Shown here: positions 48,911 through 58,053 of the stretch, in pieces | Layout: each line of letters begins with the position of its first letter | Position numbering within the stretch: position 1 is the stretch's first letter | Sequence record: NC_048195.1 | Origin: Escherichia phage vB_EcoM_WFC | Direction: 5' to 3' (one strand) | DNA: 64,000 bases | Position numbers and translations under genes: made by a program | Notes under the pieces: generated by a model | Database searches by the model: none | What the model saw: the letters and a program-made list of their open reading frames with translations, nothing else | Told to the model about the DNA's origin: nothing

Positions 48911-49594
48911 TTATTTACCAAATGGAATATCAGTGCCAGACATAAAGCGCCATGCGCCCGTAATTAAGATATGGCGAATGAAGTCAGCAATTACTTGCGG
49001 CTCAGTCTCCAATCCATTCATCAATGCCTTTTTCTGGTATTCAGCGGCGTATTCAGGAGTCCAGCCGCGAGTCGCGCAAACGGCATCTTCAATCTGTTTA
49101 GACATGCCAGTGCCGCGCAACTTGTTAGGACTAATAGAGAATACCGTGATGCCGTACTTAGGCGTAAGTTCGTGAGCCATCTGCTTGCTGATCATAAGCG
49201 CAGCAGCCTTGGATGCATTATAACATAAGCTGGACGTCATAGGAATATGCGCAGCGTTGGAAACGATGTTGATCACAAAGCCTTTGTTGTCGATAAGACT
49301 TTTCAGCGCAGCCTGAGTCGTGTTAACGAAAGAGAATGCGTTGGTGTGCATAACGCGGTTAAACTCTTCATAGTTTACATCTTCAAACCAATTGTTAGAG
49401 TTGACACCAGCACAGTTGATCAAGCCTTCAACATCATATGGGCTTAAAATTTCTTTCATCTGTTTAGCATCGCGGACGTCATATCCGTATGCTGAATCGA
49501 TGCCAAGCACGTTATGACCGTAAGCGCCAAGGGTGTCAAAAATAGATTTACCAAGACCGGAATTGGAACCTGTTACAACAATTACTTTTTTCAT
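48911..49594 (-). CDS. Short-chain dehydrogenase/reductase (SDR) family oxidoreductase
   Basis: 227 aa; N-terminal TGSNSGLG (TGxxxGxG) and catalytic YNASK (YxxxK). Confidence 0.75.
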   Translation of the reverse strand: MKKVIVVTGSNSGLGKSIFDTLGAYGHNVLGIDSAYGYDVRDAKQMKEILSPYDVEGLINCAGVNSNNWFEDVNYEEFNRVMHTNAFSFVNTTQAALKSLIDNKGFVINIVSNAAHIPMTSSLCYNASKAAALMISKQMAHELTPKYGITVFSISPNKLRGTGMSKQIEDAVCATRGWTPEYAAEYQKKALMNGLETEPQVIADFIRHILITGAWRFMSGTDIPFGK

Positions 49595-49660
49595 TTATTT
49601 ATCCTTTTTTGGACTTCGTTTCGATGAGGTAAATATAACTCATCGAAACGCACAAGTAAA

Positions 49661-50536
49661 CTATTTATTGAAATTAATATTATGGGTGTTGACAAGACGT
49701 TCACACATGGCGCTATAAACACCATCATCGTGTATCGAGTCTTCATGCTTCAGGCCGCTGATTGCGAAGCGTGTAAGCTTGACAATCTTAAGCTCGAACA
49801 GGTGCCACATGTGGTAGTCTTCCGGTGTCTTCAACGTTACGCCATTAGGGAACAACACCTGCATAACCTGACCTACCATCACAGCGTTATCGCCATAAAC
49901 GGCATTGCGCTCACGGAAGGTCGCGGCCATCGCATCAAGAATATCAGCAGCGGTTGCTGGGGCTTGTTGTTCAACTTCAACAAGTTTAGTCTCTTCTTTC
50001 CCTGTTGCACTTGGATCAACTGCTAATTGTTGCACCACTTCACCTGCCTTGCAAAGATTAAATGTAAAGGCGATTTTATTTTGCGCCATGGAATTATAAT
50101 GCAAAGCTTCTTCTTGCATCCGCGCGAGTACGTCTTGTCTATCTTCAAATACGTTGATTATTCGATAATCGCCGTGTCGCAATACATACGATAACCATGC
50201 AGATTTCATAACAGTTGATGGACGCTTGTCGCCATGTTCTCTCATCTTGATTGTGAATTCATCAAAAGGGAAAACGTTGTCCAGACGTTCAAAAGTGACT
50301 TGTCTGTATTTTTCTGGTCTTGCAGTCCAATATTCAACCGCCTCACCGCGAAGTGATGCCGTCTCTACTGCTGACGCAATGTTAGGATAGAACTGATCAT
50401 AACCAATGCCGCTGTGGTAATCATCATAGTCGGACAACGGGCCTGCCACCCTGATACGGTCTAAGCGCCAACGGTCATCAAACAGAGTTCCGTCAAGGTC
50501 GAATACGTTTAAGATTTGGTTATTTTTGATACTCAT
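49661..50536 (-). CDS. HAD-superfamily phosphatase fused to C-terminal domain of unknown function
   Basis: 291 aa; HAD motif I FDLDGTLFDD; about 150-aa C-terminal extra domain. Confidence 0.55.
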   Translation of the reverse strand: MSIKNNQILNVFDLDGTLFDDRWRLDRIRVAGPLSDYDDYHSGIGYDQFYPNIASAVETASLRGEAVEYWTARPEKYRQVTFERLDNVFPFDEFTIKMREHGDKRPSTVMKSAWLSYVLRHGDYRIINVFEDRQDVLARMQEEALHYNSMAQNKIAFTFNLCKAGEVVQQLAVDPSATGKEETKLVEVEQQAPATAADILDAMAATFRERNAVYGDNAVMVGQVMQVLFPNGVTLKTPEDYHMWHLFELKIVKLTRFAISGLKHEDSIHDDGVYSAMCERLVNTHNINFNK

Positions 50537-51336
50537 CCTTTTGATACTCCATCTTTGGCAACTGGATTATTGGTGATTGGCATCGCATCCCAAAACTGGA
50601 TGCGCAACTCTTCTTGCTGTGCAGTGGTATCCATCCAATCACGATACCATGGGCAATGGGCCTTACCGTGACGAGGAAATGCGCACTTACCCATACCGAT
50701 GCACTGCGGCTGTAGTAAAGGATTGGCCCACGGGTGCACCTTAAGGACTTCCGCAACCATTGCACGGAATACTTCTTGATACTCGCCTTGAGTACGCGTG
50801 CACAAGCGGTTAGAGGCCATTTGTTGTAGAGTGCGCAAGTTGAACTTTGCCATGATATGCGTTTGCATATTAGAAGGCAACACGGCACGTGCATCTTGAA
50901 TCTCTGCGCCAGCCGCGCGAAGTTCTTGGTATAGGGCGTCAATGGTTGCCATTGCATCATCCCATTTCTCTGCCAGTTCAGCAGCCTTCTCGTCATGACG
51001 AGTCCATCCCTTTGGATCATCCTCTGGGTAAGTAAATTTGGCAGGACGAATCGCATCAAACGCTGATGACTCTTGAGCGCGGCTTGTGCGTTCTTGATAT
51101 GCACCTGTTCGTGTGCGCACCATCTGATGAGTCATATTCTTTGATACATCAGTGATGTCAAAGATATAGTCAACAAAGTCGAAAGGTGACTTGATGGTGT
51201 CAAGCATGTAGCGCCAGTGCTCTTGCTTCTCTGATTCTGTCATCTCAGAGACGGGCTTGCCAGTCATGCGCGTGTTCTTTGTTTCCAGCAAAAGGTCAAG
51301 TGCATCTTGGGTGTATCGAATTAATTCAACTTTCAT
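50533..51336 (-). CDS. thyX: Flavin-dependent thymidylate synthase ThyX
   Basis: 267 aa; THQMVRTRTGAYQERTSR aligns to ThyX core RHR...Y.E.S.R; second block ARAVLPSNMQTHIMAKFNLRTL; 4-nt overlap with HAD gene. Confidence 0.7.
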   Translation of the reverse strand: MKVELIRYTQDALDLLLETKNTRMTGKPVSEMTESEKQEHWRYMLDTIKSPFDFVDYIFDITDVSKNMTHQMVRTRTGAYQERTSRAQESSAFDAIRPAKFTYPEDDPKGWTRHDEKAAELAEKWDDAMATIDALYQELRAAGAEIQDARAVLPSNMQTHIMAKFNLRTLQQMASNRLCTRTQGEYQEVFRAMVAEVLKVHPWANPLLQPQCIGMGKCAFPRHGKAHCPWYRDWMDTTAQQEELRIQFWDAMPITNNPVAKDGVSKG

Positions 51337-51349
51337 TTTAATTATCCTA

Positions 51350-51796
51350 TTAACGGTAGTTAACTAGTTGCTGATCACCAGAGAAGGTGCAATGATAAAC
51401 GAATTGTGCGTTATAAAGCAACTGAAAACTTTTCTTTGGTTCATTATTAGAACTCATTGATGTAAAGATTTCTGCACCAGAACGGTTTTCACCAATAAGG
51501 TTGATAAAGCCGCCAGTTGAACGAGGTTGGACGAAAGTGAAACGTTGCATCCACGGAGTGCGGTTGGCACCTTTCCCTGTGAATCCCTGAATCTGAATAT
51601 TCAGACCTTCTTGCTCGTTCACACCGATGTAAGTGGTAATTGTTGCGCCAGTCGTCGCTGCAGTCTTGCCGTCCATCGCTTCGCAATCGTAAACAGCGAT
51701 TGAATCGGAAGTACGGACAGCGGCTTCAGTCGCTTCCATATACATGGTTCCGAGAATAGCAGTTGCGGCAAGCGCGATTCCAGTGATGCGTTTCAT
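51350..51796 (-). CDS. Small secreted protein with signal peptide (function unknown)
   Basis: 148 aa; MKRITGIALAATAILG... signal-like N-terminus; two Cys. Confidence 0.5.
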   Translation of the reverse strand: MKRITGIALAATAILGTMYMEATEAAVRTSDSIAVYDCEAMDGKTAATTGATITTYIGVNEQEGLNIQIQGFTGKGANRTPWMQRFTFVQPRSTGGFINLIGENRSGAEIFTSMSSNNEPKKSFQLLYNAQFVYHCTFSGDQQLVNYR

Positions 51797-51861
51797 TTTC
51801 GTTTCCTCTATGAGTTCTGCTTCAATGATTAAAGTATACGCCCATTGAAGCAGAAAGCAAA

Positions 51862-52857
51862 TTATTTATTAGCAATATAAGCAAATTTTTGATAGTTATT
51901 TGCTTTGATGAGTTTTTCAACTTCAGCAAGGTCATGGGCGACGTCATCAAGCAAAATGTTTCGCCAAGTAGCGAATCGACCGACACTAAATACGTTCAAA
52001 TCCATGGTCAGTTGCAGGAGTAGGGCGTGTCGTAAGTCTTTCGGAATGTCGACAATCTTGCCATACTTCTGGTCAACCTTTTCAACTTCTTCAAGAGCGA
52101 TGTCACTCCATGAGAGGCCAAAAGCCGTCAATACTTCGTCAACTTCTGCACGCAACTTAATGTCACGGTAACGAGTAATGCCGCCAGCGGCTTCAACTGC
52201 GGCTTCACTTACGCTAACCAAAGGAATTGTTTCAATGATCAGCGTGTCACCAGTGATTGATGCGCGGTAAGTTCTGACGGAGTAGTCAGGAAAGTAAATG
52301 GTTTGATACAGTTCACACTTGCGTTTAATCTTAAAGCGGTAAACACGAATGTTTGCCTTATCGAATGAGAAATCAATCTTTTGATCAATCCCAGCAAGCT
52401 TCATCATGACTGGCAGCGGCGATGTGTTGATGATTGGCGTCTCGCTATAGCCGCAAAGCGTGTCGACCGGAGTATTAAAGAATATACGGTCACCCAGTTT
52501 ATCGACAAGCTGATCATAAAAGTCATCAGGCGCAATATAACGCGTTGCAGTTTTAAGCTTCATGATTGAACGGCTGCCAAACTGATTGGTGACCTTCATG
52601 GAATACATATTGGCAAGGTTGATTGGGCAATGGTCGTGATAGTAGTTACCGCGAAAATACACAGCCTTGTCAACTGTCACGGCCTTAAAAGGGATTCCGG
52701 TAATACGGCTTACTTCTTCGCCGCGAAAGCGTAGCAGTGCCTTGTGCTGTGGCGCTCGCTCCCCTGCTTCGTACACAATAGAGTTCGGGAAGTGACACGC
52801 GGTAATAAGTCCTGCCAAACCGCCGCCGATAATCATTACAGGTTGTTTCATGTTCAT
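51862..52857 (-). CDS. FAD/NAD(P)-binding oxidoreductase
   Basis: 331 aa; N-terminal Rossmann dinucleotide motif VMIIGGGLAGL. Confidence 0.6.
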   Translation of the reverse strand: MNMKQPVMIIGGGLAGLITACHFPNSIVYEAGERAPQHKALLRFRGEEVSRITGIPFKAVTVDKAVYFRGNYYHDHCPINLANMYSMKVTNQFGSRSIMKLKTATRYIAPDDFYDQLVDKLGDRIFFNTPVDTLCGYSETPIINTSPLPVMMKLAGIDQKIDFSFDKANIRVYRFKIKRKCELYQTIYFPDYSVRTYRASITGDTLIIETIPLVSVSEAAVEAAGGITRYRDIKLRAEVDEVLTAFGLSWSDIALEEVEKVDQKYGKIVDIPKDLRHALLLQLTMDLNVFSVGRFATWRNILLDDVAHDLAEVEKLIKANNYQKFAYIANK

Positions 52858-52930
52858 TTGTCCTTTGTGGGTGATATGAGAAGTATAATAGCTAAATTAT
52901 TTTACAGCAACAAGTCATTTCTATTTAGTA

Positions 52931-52963
52931 CAGACGAAAAAAGACCCACAACAAGTGTGGGTC
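52931..52963 (-). terminator. Rho-independent terminator (minus strand)
   Basis: GACCCACA/TGTGGGTC hairpin followed on minus strand by TTTTTTCG. Confidence 0.55.
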
Positions 52964-52991
52964 AATTACCGCTATATAACCGTCCTACAGG

Positions 52992-53837
52992 TTATTCCGC
53001 TTGATCACCGTCTTCAGCATCGTCGTTGGATTCAACATCGACAAACTCGATGTGGCCCATCTCTTCCAGCTTGCTCAGGTAGGAGCGAACGGAAGCGCCA
53101 AACAGTTGATCTTTAACTTTTTCGCCCAGCTCATCGATAGACTGTGCCACACCAACTTCGCCTTCTTTGATCGCCGCCAGAACGCGTCCACGGGTGGAAT
53201 GCTCTTGCGGCTGGCTCAGGCCATTGCCAGTGTAGATGAAGTGAGTGGCTTTTGCACGACGCTGACCGTTTGCCTTTTTAGCAGCCTTACGTTCTGCGAT
53301 GGCTTTGCGACGTTCTTCAGCTTCTTTCTTACGCTGTTCTTTCTGCTGTTCTGCAGCTTCTTTCGCCGCAATCTTAGCAGCTTCACGCTCTGCCTTGCGT
53401 TTCGCTTTAGCTTCTTCTTTGGCCTTCTCTTTTTCGGCCTTCGCTGCAGCACGGGCTTGATCACGCTCTGCTTTCTTGGCCGCAGCCTGCTCAGCTTTCA
53501 GGCGCTTGGCTTCTTCTTTAGCCTTTGCCTTTTCGATTTCTTTTGCTGCTTTAGCGGCTTCACGCTCTGCTTTCTTAGCAGCAGCCTTTTCTGCACGCTC
53601 TTTAGCTTTCTTAGCTGCTTCTTCAGCACGCTTCTGAGCCTTCTCATCAGCAGCCTGCTTGCGTTTCAGCGCAGCTTCTTCACGCTTGGCTTGTTTTTCC
53701 TGCTCACGCTTCTGGCGTTTTTCTTCGGCTTCTTTCTTTTTAGCCAGGCGTTTTTCTTCAGCCACGCGACGACGTTCTGCTGCGGCTGCTTGTTTTTCTT
53801 CTTTAGATAATACTTTGATTGCTTCGGCCATATTCAC
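52992..53837 (-). CDS. Lys/Ala/Glu-rich low-complexity coiled-coil protein with globular C-terminal domain
   Basis: 281 aa; about 200 aa of KAEEKR-type charged repeats then about 80-aa non-repetitive C-terminus. Confidence 0.55.
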   Translation of the reverse strand: MNMAEAIKVLSKEEKQAAAAERRRVAEEKRLAKKKEAEEKRQKREQEKQAKREEAALKRKQAADEKAQKRAEEAAKKAKERAEKAAAKKAEREAAKAAKEIEKAKAKEEAKRLKAEQAAAKKAERDQARAAAKAEKEKAKEEAKAKRKAEREAAKIAAKEAAEQQKEQRKKEAEERRKAIAERKAAKKANGQRRAKATHFIYTGNGLSQPQEHSTRGRVLAAIKEGEVGVAQSIDELGEKVKDQLFGASVRSYLSKLEEMGHIEFVDVESNDDAEDGDQAE

Positions 53838-53990
53838 AGTCCTTAAATAAATTAGTTTATTTTATATTCCCCGTTTGGGATAACTTAATTATGCCTTCAG
53901 TCGCCGCCAGTAGCAACTAAAAACTATGGCGGCAATGCCACTTTAATTAAACTGATTTTCAGTTTTATTTTTCGTAAATTTACGTCAACA

Positions 53991-55175
53991 TTAACGCGCT
54001 TTCAAATCACGGTACACGGTCAGATTCTTCTTAGCGCGGGTGATTGCGGTGTACATCATCTTGGAGTACGGGACGCCGCGCAAGATTTCTTCCAGCACGC
54101 ACACATTATCCCACTCGCTGCCTTGCGATTTGTGCACCGTGATTACATAGCCATAGTCCATCCCGCCAACAGCGCGTTGCGCTTCTTTGCGCACTTCCTG
54201 ATCAGTAGAGAAGGAAAGAGGATTGATCTTCACCTTTATATCTTTACCATCAGTTAATGAACGCAAGTTGACATACATTATTTCATTCGACTCGTCTTCA
54301 TCCCTTTCAAAGTCCGGCACTGGTTCATAGCTAATAACAATCCCTTGCTCGCCATTACAGAATCCTGGCCCGTGCTGGTTGAAGGTGCAAATAACTTTCT
54401 CGCCGATTCCTGGCATTGGCGTTATACGTCCGCTCACTTGCCGTAATAATGAATTCCATTTATCTTTGGTGCTATTATAGGAGCAAATAATTTGATCATC
54501 TTCGCCCATGAATTTCTTCAATGCAGTAACGCGCGGCGATTCTGCCAATACTTTGACGTCATCGTATTCACGCGGAGGAAGGCGGTTGCCTTGGCGCACG
54601 AAGAAGGAGGCGCGGATTATATTGGACTCTTTCCCTTGCCGCATGATTTCGGTTAACAGCACGTCAACGGCATCTTCAGTAAAGTAGGCGGCGGCTTTTA
54701 CCGGAGGGACTTGTCCAATGTCGCCTAATGCCAGGACAGGGATGCGGTGATCAAGAAGGCGCTCTGTGTCCCACTCGCCAACCATCGACGCTTCATCGAG
54801 TACAACAAGGTGCGGCCTTTCATCCAGCTTTGACTTTCTCGAAAAGATTGGCTCATTGTCGTCATTTACGCCGCGCACGTTATAGATGAACTGGTGAAGG
54901 GTCTTAGCGCCACGACAGCCTTTTTGCTTTAATCGGCTTGCAGCCTTTCCGGTCGGCGCAATATAGATAGCGCCGTACTCACCGACACAGCGGCGCACAA
55001 TCTCACGAGCAATAGAGGTTTTACCAGTCCCTGCATAGCCAGCAATGAAAAACACACGCTTCGTCGTTTTACCGTCCTGCAATCGCTTGTACCATGCAAC
55101 GGCCTTCTCGATGGCATCGATTTGTTGCGCGTTAAACTGAATAACTGGCTCATCATTAAATTCTGGAATGTTCAT
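53991..55175 (-). CDS. Dda/RecD-like superfamily 1 DNA helicase
   Basis: 394 aa; Walker A GYAGTGKT, Walker B VVLDEASM, C-terminal VHKSQGSEWD. Confidence 0.8.
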   Translation of the reverse strand: MNIPEFNDEPVIQFNAQQIDAIEKAVAWYKRLQDGKTTKRVFFIAGYAGTGKTSIAREIVRRCVGEYGAIYIAPTGKAASRLKQKGCRGAKTLHQFIYNVRGVNDDNEPIFSRKSKLDERPHLVVLDEASMVGEWDTERLLDHRIPVLALGDIGQVPPVKAAAYFTEDAVDVLLTEIMRQGKESNIIRASFFVRQGNRLPPREYDDVKVLAESPRVTALKKFMGEDDQIICSYNSTKDKWNSLLRQVSGRITPMPGIGEKVICTFNQHGPGFCNGEQGIVISYEPVPDFERDEDESNEIMYVNLRSLTDGKDIKVKINPLSFSTDQEVRKEAQRAVGGMDYGYVITVHKSQGSEWDNVCVLEEILRGVPYSKMMYTAITRAKKNLTVYRDLKAR

Positions 55176-55501
55176 TATAACTCCACTACGCTGTCAAGGT
55201 CCAGATATACTGGAATAAAATGGCAATCTTCTTTTCGTTCAAACATCTCACCATCAACATGGCTGAAGAAAACAGTTGTGTTTGGTATCTTCCATCCTTT
55301 CTCGTCGCGCACTAAGTACGCCATGGATTCAACAGGGATGTACAGCGATACCGGATTTGCGGCAAAAATAAATTTGATTCTGTCTGGTTGACCCAGGAAT
55401 CGCATGATTGTTAGGCTTGAATTCAATCTTGTATTAAGGAAGGACTCAACGATTCCGACGTGTGTTGCACGTTCGCGTTGCTTCGTCTCTTTTTCGTTCA
55501 T
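55175..55501 (-). CDS. Hypothetical protein (108 aa)
   Basis: ORF at end of minus-strand operon. Confidence 0.45.
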   Translation of the reverse strand: MNEKETKQRERATHVGIVESFLNTRLNSSLTIMRFLGQPDRIKFIFAANPVSLYIPVESMAYLVRDEKGWKIPNTTVFFSHVDGEMFERKEDCHFIPVYLDLDSVVEL

Positions 55502-55604
55502 TTCAGGCGACCTTTGTTAGTGCGGAAATATTTTTTGATAGTATAATTGCAGATATAGTATAAAGCAAAGTAAATCGAAATTGTGAACTAAATGGTAAAT
55601 ATTG

Positions 55605-55632
55605 TTGACTTTGTATCACTCAATATTATACT
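55605..55632 (+). promoter_or_regulatory. sigma70-like promoter TTGACT-N16-TATACT for early operon
   Basis: -35 at 55605-55610, -10 at 55627-55632 in divergent intergenic region; ATG 55662 downstream. Confidence 0.45.
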
Positions 55633-55661
55633 GCAGGTATTGATCACCGAAGGAAAGAAAG

Positions 55662-56744
55662 ATGGCTAGTTTAAGAGAAGAAGCAAAAATAATTGAAGAG
55701 TTTTTAACAGAACTCCAAAGAGGCATTCCAGAAGATGAGCGCGTCATGACGGTGTTTGCTCCTGAAGCAACGGTACAGACCGACGAGCGCGGCAAGAAGA
55801 TTAACAGCAGCTTCTGGCCTAAGCCTTGGAAGTTGGGCAAGCCGCTCATGCAGCACCAAAACGGCTATGCTTGCATCAGTTCAATGCGTAAGTCTCCCAA
55901 CCCAAAGACGGGTGAGATGCGATACTGGCGTACAGAGTCTGCCTTTGGTCACGGCATGGCGATGATGGTTGATGACATCGGTCACGGTAAAGGGTCCAAA
56001 GGTGATTTAGATTTGGAATTCTTTTTCGAGCGACTGAAGCCGACTGTCATCGTCGAGACTTCACCGAACAACCACCAGCTTTGGTACTTCTTTAAAGAAC
56101 CGATTGACCATCTTATTCAGTTCAAAGCGTTCCTTGGGTCTTTCGTTAACATGGTACTCAAGAAGGGCGGCGACAACACGATTAAAGACGTAACGCGCGT
56201 GGGTCGTGTTCCTGGGTGCATCAATAACAAGCGTGTGACTCACGACGGCCCCTATAAATATGTCGATGAGAACGGCGACCCGTTCCGCTGCCGACTTGTC
56301 CATGCAGACTACTCCTTGCGCTACACCATCGAAGACATTTGTCAGGCATTTGGCTTTCACGTCGTCATGCCGCAAAAGCGTGAGATTCAAATTGACGTCG
56401 ATGAATACAAGTATGATGCTGTTTGGTATAAAATAGCCCAGCAGATTCTAGCGCGCAACAAGATGGGTGAAGGGTCTGATGGCGACGTCATCGAGAATAT
56501 GTCAGGCAAGTGTCGCATAATCTGTCCTTGGGGTGAAGAGCACACCAACGGCGACCCGTATGGCGCTTACTTTCGCGGCCCTATCCCTGGTGCAGAACAT
56601 GAATTTGTGTTCGGTTGCGCCCACGACTGCCACCGGAAAGGGGAAGGCAAGAAAGGTTGGACTGCTTTTGTTGAAGCAATCGTCATGCCTTATATTGAGA
56701 ATCAACTTGACATGATAAATCGTCGTGCAGGTGGCATAAAATAG
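55662..56744 (+). CDS. Primase-polymerase (archaeo-eukaryotic primase superfamily) with C-terminal Cys/His cluster
   Basis: 360 aa; AEP-like motifs MMVDDIG, TSPNNHQLWYFF, RVGRVPGCINNK; CPWGEEH...CAHDCH. Confidence 0.6.
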   Translation: MASLREEAKIIEEFLTELQRGIPEDERVMTVFAPEATVQTDERGKKINSSFWPKPWKLGKPLMQHQNGYACISSMRKSPNPKTGEMRYWRTESAFGHGMAMMVDDIGHGKGSKGDLDLEFFFERLKPTVIVETSPNNHQLWYFFKEPIDHLIQFKAFLGSFVNMVLKKGGDNTIKDVTRVGRVPGCINNKRVTHDGPYKYVDENGDPFRCRLVHADYSLRYTIEDICQAFGFHVVMPQKREIQIDVDEYKYDAVWYKIAQQILARNKMGEGSDGDVIENMSGKCRIICPWGEEHTNGDPYGAYFRGPIPGAEHEFVFGCAHDCHRKGEGKKGWTAFVEAIVMPYIENQLDMINRRAGGIK

Positions 56745-56802
56745 TTTGCTTTTATTTTCATAGCAACTATAATCATTTTATGAACTGAAGCAGAGGTGAT
56801 TC

Positions 56803-56949
56803 ATGCAAAGCGAAGAATTGAACATCGAGGTTGAATGTCTGTTAAAGTCGTTAGAACCTAAACCAGCAGAGCTTCCGACCCTTCAAGGAGTCATGGCTCA
56901 CCATCAAGCGGCTGCGGCCAAACACTACTCTGAATTTGTTAAGGAATAA
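56803..56949 (+). CDS. Small protein (48 aa), not in ORF track
   Basis: ATG 56803 after AGAGGTGA RBS. Confidence 0.3.
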   Translation: MQSEELNIEVECLLKSLEPKPAELPTLQGVMAHHQAAAAKHYSEFVKE

Positions 56950-56951
56950 AA

Positions 56952-57242
56952 ATGAACGAACCAAAAATGATGACCGTTGAAGAAGCACAAAAGCTTCGTG
57001 TTGAAAACGAGCTTAAGCTTGTCAACCAGATTCTCCCCTTGTTTGCAGGCTACGCAGTGGAGGAAGTTGTTGGGGCAATCCTTAACGTATCCACGCATGT
57101 CGCTATGAATCTTCAGGCAGAGCGATTCAACACGCTGCTGACTATTAAAGACCTTACAGTCAGTGCAACGTTCACCGTTGAGCCAGTCAATTTTGACGAA
57201 GCTTCAGCCGCGATTCAACAGCAAAGAGATCAAGAGGTGTAG
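56952..57242 (+). CDS. Hypothetical protein (96 aa)
   Basis: ORF in early block. Confidence 0.45.
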   Translation: MNEPKMMTVEEAQKLRVENELKLVNQILPLFAGYAVEEVVGAILNVSTHVAMNLQAERFNTLLTIKDLTVSATFTVEPVNFDEASAAIQQQRDQEV

Positions 57243-57243
57243 C

Positions 57244-57507
57244 ATGGGCGCTTTCCGTAACGAGTTCACCTGGAACGTTACCAGCAATCTCTCGACTTGT
57301 CCTAACTGTGCAAGCGATGTTATCAAGGTGCGGCAGCATCGCAACGCGGAGGAAGGTGCCTGGGAAGATGGCGACCTTGTAGAGTGCCAGTGCTGTTCTC
57401 ATGAAGGTGTTGTTGAGCTTCAAGCTGGCGAAGGTTGTCCACCAGCAGAACGTACAGCACGCGTTGAATGGGATGCAACAGACTCCATTGGTGATCCTCA
57501 ACAGTAA
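57244..57507 (+). CDS. Zinc-ribbon-like small protein
   Basis: ATG 57244 after AGAGGTG; CPNC...CQCC cysteine pairs. Confidence 0.45.
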   Translation: MGAFRNEFTWNVTSNLSTCPNCASDVIKVRQHRNAEEGAWEDGDLVECQCCSHEGVVELQAGEGCPPAERTARVEWDATDSIGDPQQ

Positions 57508-57626
57508 ATTTAGGTATAGATACTTATGAAAGCCGTAAAGAAATACACATTAATCATTTCCCTTGTCATCATCCTGGGGCTATTATATGTATTGGATATG
57601 GCATATTATTTGGCAGGGGTGAGTGG

Positions 57627-57917
57627 ATGAATATTGTAATTCTTTATGGTGAAAATATCAGCGATGACGACATCGAAGTTGCCGTTGATGTTTACGGTAT
57701 CGATGAGGTGAAACGTGTTGAAGAAATTAGTGGCGCAAATCTCAATGAGATTGTCAAAGAAGCTGGCTGCCCTTCGGAAGAGATTCTGGTGGTTACTAAC
57801 GATGACCTGTCTTCTATGGATCATTTGCGCCGCATCTTCACCGATTGCCAATACCTTCATGCTGTTCAATCAGTAAACAAATTGAGAAAGGCATACGCCA
57901 ACCAATTTCCTTGCTGA
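57627..57917 (+). CDS. Hypothetical protein (96 aa)
   Basis: ORF; preceded by possible 34-aa TM micro-ORF at 57526-57630. Confidence 0.45.
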   Translation: MNIVILYGENISDDDIEVAVDVYGIDEVKRVEEISGANLNEIVKEAGCPSEEILVVTNDDLSSMDHLRRIFTDCQYLHAVQSVNKLRKAYANQFPC

Positions 57918-58053
57918 TAGTTCACCAGTTATATTGCTTTAAATTGAGTTTTACTATATTAATATACAACGCCAGATTTCTGGCGTTTATTTACCGCACC
58001 CTGAAAGGATATATCCATGCAACAATATAACAAAGCCGTATCAGGAGGATTAA

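Noticed and set aside
50520-51104. 194-aa minus-strand ORF
   Set aside because: Alternative frame overlapping the ThyX gene, which has the recognisable motifs.
53001-53810. 269-aa plus-strand ORF
   Set aside because: Antisense image of the low-complexity KAE-repeat gene; Phe/Leu/Ser-rich nonsense composition.
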